The position numbers and the translations under genes were made by a program. Below, one piece after another: positions 56,962-64,000 of a stretch of DNA of 64,000 nt. The stretch comes from Arenicellales bacterium. GTDB lineage: Bacteria; Pseudomonadota; Gammaproteobacteria; Arenicellales; CBDCFT01. Positions within the stretch are counted from its first letter, which is position 1; each line of letters begins with the position of its first letter. The DNA lies in assembly GCA_965216365.1 (NCBI GenBank), contig CBDCFT010000059.1, positions 20,556-84,555 on the forward strand, given 5' to 3'. The notes beneath the pieces were generated by a model that worked only from the letters and a program-made list of their open reading frames with translations, searched no databases and was not told the DNA's origin.

Positions 56962-57658
56962 ATCGGCAAACTGTTGTCCAACGGGTTATTTTATATTGAA
57001 GCGAATTACTATCACCATCGGTTTGTTATGCGCCCTGGTTTTCTTATCCGTCGCCGTGCTGTTCGTAATCGATTGTTTCCTTCCGTATAAGGATGAGCTG
57101 CGAAAAGCGGATGCCATATTCGTTTTGGACGGCGAATACCCGTTTCGAATCTGGGCGGCGCTGGACTTGTATCACGAAGGTTATTCGCCTCTGATAATTT
57201 TTTCGCGGTTTGAAGATTTACAGGGCGTGCAAAAACTGGCCAAGGAAAAACGAGGTTACGGGTCAGTGCGATACGAGCAGGTCGATTCATTGCAAAAGTC
57301 AATTCCATTGGATGCCATGCGTATCGCGCAAGGCGAGTACAAAAATACTGCTGAAGAATTAACTTCGATTTTCGACTACGCACGTGCACAAGACATGCAA
57401 TCCATAATTCTGGTGACTTCCGATTATCATGCGCGGCGGGTACGAATGCTGGCTGACAAAACGAAAGACCCATCAATAGCCGTGATTGTGCGTGTTACAC
57501 CTTATCAGGCAATGATGCGGGATTTGAACTGGGCGCGGCACTTGGGAATGCTACGCGTGGTGACGTCGGAATTTTTTAAAGTCTTGTATCTTTATATGCC
57601 CGATCGGCTCCGAAACGCGATCCGGCCTGCACCTGTTACGGCTTCCGGGTTAGAATAG
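56927..57658 (+). CDS. DUF218 (YdcF/ElyC-like) domain protein with an N-terminal TM anchor
   Basis: ADAIFVLDGEYPFRIWAALDLYHEGYSPLIIFS and IILVTSDYHARRV are typical of DUF218. The start is uncertain: GTG 56927 overlaps the divergent TauD-like start, and TTG 56996 is an alternative. Confidence 0.7.
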   Translation: MNNVSFKLSLRISANCCPTGYFILKRITITIGLLCALVFLSVAVLFVIDCFLPYKDELRKADAIFVLDGEYPFRIWAALDLYHEGYSPLIIFSRFEDLQGVQKLAKEKRGYGSVRYEQVDSLQKSIPLDAMRIAQGEYKNTAEELTSIFDYARAQDMQSIILVTSDYHARRVRMLADKTKDPSIAVIVRVTPYQAMMRDLNWARHLGMLRVVTSEFFKVLYLYMPDRLRNAIRPAPVTASGLE

Positions 57659-57698
57659 CGCCTGGCGTAAATATTCAAATAAAAGGCACAGGATTTAA

Positions 57699-60383
57699 AT
57701 GACAAACAGTTTTGATGCGCGGGACTCGCTGGAAGTTCACGGAAAAAAATACGAAATTTTTGATCTATCAAAATTGGCAGATAGAACGGATCTTACAAAG
57801 TTACCTTATGCGCAAAAAATTTTATTGGAAAATTTGTTGCGTTTGGAAGATGAAGAAAATGTCACTGCTTCCGATATTGAAGCATTATTGAACTGGGATC
57901 CGAAAGCGCAACCCAGTACGGAAATTTCTTTTACTCCCGCGCGTGTGTTGATGCAGGATTTTACCGGCGTACCCGCGGTTGTCGATCTCGCCGCCATGCG
58001 CGAAGCGATGGTCGCGCTCGGTGGCGACGCGGAAAAAATTAATCCGTTGTCACCCGCGGACCTGGTTATAGATCATTCGGTAATGGTCGATCACTACGGT
58101 TCGGATAAGGCGCTGGATTTAAATGCAGCAGTCGAGTACAGCCGCAATCGCGAACGCTATTCGTTTTTACGCTGGGGTCAAAACGCATTTGCAAACTTTC
58201 GCGTAGTGCCACCTGCGACCGGCATCGTGCACCAGGTGAATCTCGAATACTTGGCCAAAGTCGTTTTCAGTCAGGTAAACAACGGCGTGTTACAGGCTTA
58301 TCCGGATACGCTGGTTGGCACCGATTCACACACCACCATGATTAACGGTTTGGGTGTGCTTGGATGGGGCGTTGGTGGTATCGAGGCCGAGGCTGCCATG
58401 CTGGGCCAGCCGATTTCCATGCTGATACCGCAAGTCGTAGGTTTTAAATTGTCCGGCAAGCTACCGGAAGGTGCTACGGCGACCGATTTAGTGCTTACAG
58501 TGGTGGAAATGTTGCGCAAAAAAGGTGTCGTCGGCAAGTTTGTGGAGTTTTTTGGCGATGGCTTGGATCATTTGTCCTTGGCCGATCAAGCCACGATAGC
58601 CAATATGGCGCCGGAATATGGCGCGACCTGCGGTATTTTTCCAGTCGATAGTGAGACCTTGAATTACCTGCGCCTGACCGGCCGCAGCGAAGAAGAAATT
58701 GATCTGGCGGAAGCGTACACGCGGCGCCAGGGCATGTTTCGCGAAACCGGCATGGCGGATGCCGATTACAGCGATGTGTTAGAGCTTGATATGGGTTCTG
58801 TCGAACCCAGTATTGCAGGACCGAAACGGCCGCAGGATCGCATCGGCCTGAGTTCAGCCAAAAACACGATCGGCGATGCGATGCAAAACATGCGTGCAGA
58901 TTTGTCCCGCTCCGGAGAGGCGCAGAATGTGACATTGGACGACCAGGAATTTGAACTTAAAGATGGCGATGTGGTGATTGCCGCGATCACCAGTTGCACC
59001 AATACCTCGAACCCCGATGTCATTATGGGCGCCGGTTTGCTCGCGCAAAATGCGGTCAAGCGCGGGTTACAGGTTAAACCCTGGGTAAAAACTTCGTTGG
59101 CGCCGGGATCGCAGGTCGTAACGGAATACTTAAAAGAATCGGGATTGTTGTCTCATCTGGAAGCACTGGGATTCGATGTCGTGGGTTACGGTTGTACGAC
59201 CTGTATTGGAAATTCAGGGCCGTTGCCCGATCCGATAAGCCGCGGCATTCACAAAGGTGATCTTATTGCCTGTTCCGTCCTGTCCGGGAATCGTAATTTC
59301 GAAGGCCGTGTGCACGGCGACGTGCGTATGAATTTTCTTGCATCGCCACCTTTGGTCGTGGCTTACGCACTGGCGGGAACCATGAATATCGATCTGGGTA
59401 ACGACGCTATCGGCCAGGATAAGGATGGCAACGATGTATTCCTGAAAGACATCTGGCCATCGCAACAGGATATTAACGATGCCGTTGCTGGCACCTTGTC
59501 GCGCGAAATGTTTGTCAGCAAATACGCGGATGTGTTTGCCGGTGACAGTCGTTGGGCCAAGATCAAAACGCCGGATTCCAGCGTGTTCGAATGGGATGAA
59601 GATTCGACCTATATTCGCAATCCGCCTTATTTCGTTGGTATGTCCAAACAACCGGAGCCCTTGCGCGAAGTCAAAGATGCTCGGGTCCTGGCGTTTCTCG
59701 GCGACAGCATTACTACCGATCATATTTCTCCCGCTGGTGCGATCAAGGCGGATACACCTGCGGGTGAATACTTGATCGAAAACGGCGTCGCCAAGACCGA
59801 CTTTAACTCTTACGGTTCACGCCGTGGCAATCATGAAGTCATGATGCGCGGCACGTTTGCTAATGTGCGTTTGCGTAACGAGCTGGCGCCAGGTACCGAG
59901 GGTGGCTGGACATGCCATCAACCGAGTGGCGAGCAAATGACGATTTACGATGCCGCCATGCGCTACCAGAAAGAAAATACGCCCTTGATCGTCATCGGCG
60001 GAAAAGAATACGGTACCGGCTCGTCACGCGATTGGGCGGCCAAAGGTACCTTATTACTGGGTGCACGTGCGGTCATTGTCGAGAGCTTTGAACGCATCCA
60101 CCGCTCCAACCTGGTCGGCATGGGTGTTCTGCCGCTGCAATTCGAGCAGCGTGAATCGCGTACCAGCCTGGGTCTGACGGGCAAGGAAAGCTATTCCATC
60201 ACAGGGCTGAAAATGGGTGCGAAAAAATTATCGGTGTCCGCAGTCAGTGAAGATGGAAAGACTACCGAGTTCAAAGTCGACGTGCGAATCGATACCCCTA
60301 AGGAATGGGATTACTATGCCCACGGCGGGATTTTGCAGTATGTGTTGAGGCAGTTGGTCAGCGACAGTCGTAAAGCGGCTTAA
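57699..60383 (+). CDS. acnA: aconitate hydratase A
   Basis: 894 aa with the Fe-S ligand motifs [10 protein letters not shown] and [10 protein letters not shown], plus the swivel domain at the C-terminus. Confidence 0.96.
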   Translation: MTNSFDARDSLEVHGKKYEIFDLSKLADRTDLTKLPYAQKILLENLLRLEDEENVTASDIEALLNWDPKAQPSTEISFTPARVLMQDFTGVPAVVDLAAMREAMVALGGDAEKINPLSPADLVIDHSVMVDHYGSDKALDLNAAVEYSRNRERYSFLRWGQNAFANFRVVPPATGIVHQVNLEYLAKVVFSQVNNGVLQAYPDTLVGTDSHTTMINGLGVLGWGVGGIEAEAAMLGQPISMLIPQVVGFKLSGKLPEGATATDLVLTVVEMLRKKGVVGKFVEFFGDGLDHLSLADQATIANMAPEYGATCGIFPVDSETLNYLRLTGRSEEEIDLAEAYTRRQGMFRETGMADADYSDVLELDMGSVEPSIAGPKRPQDRIGLSSAKNTIGDAMQNMRADLSRSGEAQNVTLDDQEFELKDGDVVIAAITSCTNTSNPDVIMGAGLLAQNAVKRGLQVKPWVKTSLAPGSQVVTEYLKESGLLSHLEALGFDVVGYGCTTCIGNSGPLPDPISRGIHKGDLIACSVLSGNRNFEGRVHGDVRMNFLASPPLVVAYALAGTMNIDLGNDAIGQDKDGNDVFLKDIWPSQQDINDAVAGTLSREMFVSKYADVFAGDSRWAKIKTPDSSVFEWDEDSTYIRNPPYFVGMSKQPEPLREVKDARVLAFLGDSITTDHISPAGAIKADTPAGEYLIENGVAKTDFNSYGSRRGNHEVMMRGTFANVRLRNELAPGTEGGWTCHQPSGEQMTIYDAAMRYQKENTPLIVIGGKEYGTGSSRDWAAKGTLLLGARAVIVESFERIHRSNLVGMGVLPLQFEQRESRTSLGLTGKESYSITGLKMGAKKLSVSAVSEDGKTTEFKVDVRIDTPKEWDYYAHGGILQYVLRQLVSDSRKAA

Positions 60384-60420
60384 AAAATACCGGCATTAAC
60401 TTCAGTCTCCAACTTGGGCA

Positions 60421-60459
60421 GGGAAGGGCTTGTTCCTTCTCCGCCGGTGGGGAAGGGCT
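60421..60459. repeat. short direct repeat with an embedded hairpin
   Basis: GGGAAGGGCT occurs at 60421-60430 and again at 60450-60459. The hairpin CCTTCTCC-GCCGGT-GGGGAAGG (60435-60456) has 8 bp including one G.U pair. It is intergenic and adjacent to a REP copy. Confidence 0.4.
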
Positions 60460-60489
60460 GGTTCGCATTCAGTAACACAAAATTTGCTG

Positions 60490-60512
60490 GTAGGAGCGAC
60501 CTTGGTCGCGAA
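60490..60512 (+). repeat. third copy of the 23-nt REP element
   Basis: GTAGGAGCGACCTTGGTCGCGAA is 22/23 identical to each copy at 43193-43258. It lies in the acnA-yciB spacer. Confidence 0.7.
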
Positions 60513-60708
60513 TCGATCTATTGCTTCGCCGTTCTGCTCCTGGCAATCACAACAGTCGTAGGGTGCTGGTGAGTCCGCGAACCGCATTATTCGCAAACGG
60601 GCGGTGGCGAAATAATTTACTCTTTTCCAGTAGGAAAGGTGTATGAATTTTTTGCGTCCCGCTTACCCAGCCTAATCTTATAATCGAAATAAATAATAGC
60701 CTATAAGC

Positions 60709-61284
60709 TTATGATTTTTCTCCGTTATCCTCTTCTACGACGAGATACTTATACAGAAATGCCATTTGCGCGATGACAAATACAAATGTCAGTCCCATTA
60801 ACCAGAATACTTTAAAGTTTACCCAAATATCCGTTCGTGTTTGTTCGTCCAGGTCTGCACGGTAGTAAAATGCAACGTATAGATTCAGAATTCCGAGGGC
60901 AATAAAGAACAACGCCCAACTGACATTAACCTTAGTCCATACCGGCGACGGTAATTCGAGCTGTGAACCCATTAGATACTGGATGGCTGGCTTCTTCGTG
61001 AACACCTGGCTACCCAGAAGAATAACCGCGAATATCCAGTTCACGATAGTAGGTTTCCATTTTACGAAGACCGGATCTTGCAATATTAAAGTCAAGCCGC
61101 CAAAGACGGTTATAGCCCCCAGAGTAATCAGATGAGTCGTCTCAAACCGCCGGTTGCGTAACCAATGTATGGATACCTGCACGAATGCTGCGGCCATTGC
61201 GACCGCCGTCGCGATATAAATTCCGTAGAGTTTGAACGCTCCAAAAAACAACAAGAGCGGAAAAAAATCAAAAAGTAGTTTCAT
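60709..61284 (-). CDS. yciB: intracellular septation protein A / inner-membrane protein YciB
   Basis: 191 aa starting MKLLFDFFPLLLFFGAFKLYGIYIATAV.. It has five TM segments. Confidence 0.9.
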   Translation of the reverse strand: MKLLFDFFPLLLFFGAFKLYGIYIATAVAMAAAFVQVSIHWLRNRRFETTHLITLGAITVFGGLTLILQDPVFVKWKPTIVNWIFAVILLGSQVFTKKPAIQYLMGSQLELPSPVWTKVNVSWALFFIALGILNLYVAFYYRADLDEQTRTDIWVNFKVFWLMGLTFVFVIAQMAFLYKYLVVEEDNGEKS

Positions 61285-61407
61285 GAAAAACCTTGTCTGG
61301 AATAGATTTTTAATTATATCAGTACAAAGGGTGGAAGCAGTCAGCTATGAAACTGCTAGAATGAGGTGGTGGGAATGAATACAGCCAGCAGAAAAAACTA
61401 CCGGTAA

Positions 61408-62082
61408 ATGTCGGCGCAAGTGCAAAATCTCCTCGCGCCGTCGCCAGGCTACGTCGTGGTCGAAGGCCCCATCGGCGTGGGCAAGACCAGTCTTGCACGG
61501 CGCTTGGCGGAGTCGTTCGAATGCGATTTGTTGCTGGAACAACCTGCCGATAATCCATTTCTGGAACGTTTTTACCAGTCTCCACGCCAGTTCGCGTTGC
61601 CCACGCAGTTGTTTTTCCTGTTTCAGCGCGCGCGGCAGTTGGAGCAATTGCGCCAAACCGACATGTTCAGCCCACGCCGGGTATCGGATTTTCTGCTTGA
61701 AAAAGACATGTTATTCGCCGAAAGCAATCTCGAAGACGATGAGCTGTATCTTTACGAGCAAGTGTTCAAACAGCTTTCACCCAATGTACCGCAACCGGAT
61801 CTGGTCATTTATCTGCAGGCGCCGGCGGATATTCTGATACAACGTGTGCGTCGTCGTGGAATCGATTTCGAACGCAGTATCGAGCCGGAATATCTGGAGC
61901 GGCTGTGCGATGCTTACGCGCGGTTTTTCTTTAGTTACAAAGATTCACCGTTGCTTATGGTCAATGCGACGGACATCAATCTGGTCGATAGCGACGACGA
62001 CTATAACGTTTTACTGGACTATCTGACCCGTGTGAAAAATGGCCGGCATTTCTTGAATCCGCTGCCGGAAAACCGCATATAA
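61408..62082 (+). CDS. deoxynucleoside kinase family protein
   Basis: 224 aa with the P-loop VVVEGPIGVGKTS. The ERF/DRY-like blocks and the LID region (RVRRRGIDFE) are typical of the dNK family. Confidence 0.85.
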   Translation: MSAQVQNLLAPSPGYVVVEGPIGVGKTSLARRLAESFECDLLLEQPADNPFLERFYQSPRQFALPTQLFFLFQRARQLEQLRQTDMFSPRRVSDFLLEKDMLFAESNLEDDELYLYEQVFKQLSPNVPQPDLVIYLQAPADILIQRVRRRGIDFERSIEPEYLERLCDAYARFFFSYKDSPLLMVNATDINLVDSDDDYNVLLDYLTRVKNGRHFLNPLPENRI

Positions 62083-62099
62083 ATTTGAAGTTATCGTAA

Positions 62100-62124
62100 G
62101 GTCAGGCGAGCCCCTTGCCTGACC
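62100..62124. terminator. stem-loop between the convergent kinase gene and tRNA-Leu (possible terminator)
   Basis: The 8-bp stem GGTCAGGC / GCCTGACC has a 9-nt loop. There is no clear T-tract on either strand. Confidence 0.3.
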
Positions 62125-62161
62125 CGCCTTTGCGAGTTGAGCGTTTGAACAATAAAAATAT

Positions 62162-62248
62162 TGGTACCGAGGGTCGGACTCGAACCGACACGGTGTTGCC
62201 ACCACCAGATTTTGAGTCTGGCGCGTCTACCAGTTTCGCCACCTCGGC
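62162..62248 (-). tRNA. tRNA-Leu (anticodon CAA)
   Basis: The reverse complement reads GCCGAGGTGGCGAAACTGGTAGACGCGCCAGACTCAAAATCTGGTGGTGGCAACACCGTGTCGGTTCGAGTCCGACCCTCGGTACCA. The anticodon loop is CTCAAAA, there is a long variable arm, and it ends in CCA. Confidence 0.9.
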
Positions 62249-62314
62249 ATGGGAAGGCCAGCGCGATTCTAAACACACTTGCAGTCTGAATTGCAACGAT
62301 TTGATTCTAAACAC

Positions 62315-64000
<1,686 letters not shown>

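Overview
This 64 kb window looks like a gammaproteobacterial-type chromosomal backbone, almost entirely housekeeping genes in well-known synteny. The order is dapB-carAB-greA, yhbY/rlmE-ftsH-glmM-tpiA-secG-tRNA-Leu, a complete 14-gene nuoA-N operon, then tRNA-fMet-rimP-nusA-infB-rbfA-truB-rpsO-pnp. After that come dtd, a YheT-like hydrolase, catalase, a dihydroorotase-like gene, dksA, smc-zipA-ligA, a TauD-like dioxygenase, a DUF218 protein, acnA, yciB, a deoxynucleoside kinase, tRNA-Leu(CAA), queA and the start of tgt. I see no intact novel multi-gene system. Four things stand out. (1) Six reading-frame breaks, all in the +1 direction, interrupt conserved genes (carB, infB twice, rbfA, queA twice). 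These are probably single-base insertion artefacts. (2) A roughly 3 kb AT-rich, decaying defence islet lies between nuoN and tRNA-fMet. It has an intact wHTH-MNT nucleotidyltransferase with promoter and operator, a partner HEPN gene split by an 86-nt hairpin-rich insertion, and a gutted type I hsdM. (3) REP/REPIN-like palindromic repeats occur in two intergenic spacers, and a truncated RAYT-like transposase remnant lies elsewhere. (4) An accessory insertion between greA and yhbY carries decayed ORFs, an LtaS-type sulfatase-fold membrane protein, an NRDE protein and a Tat-signal amidohydrolase. No rRNA genes, CRISPR arrays or integrases were seen.
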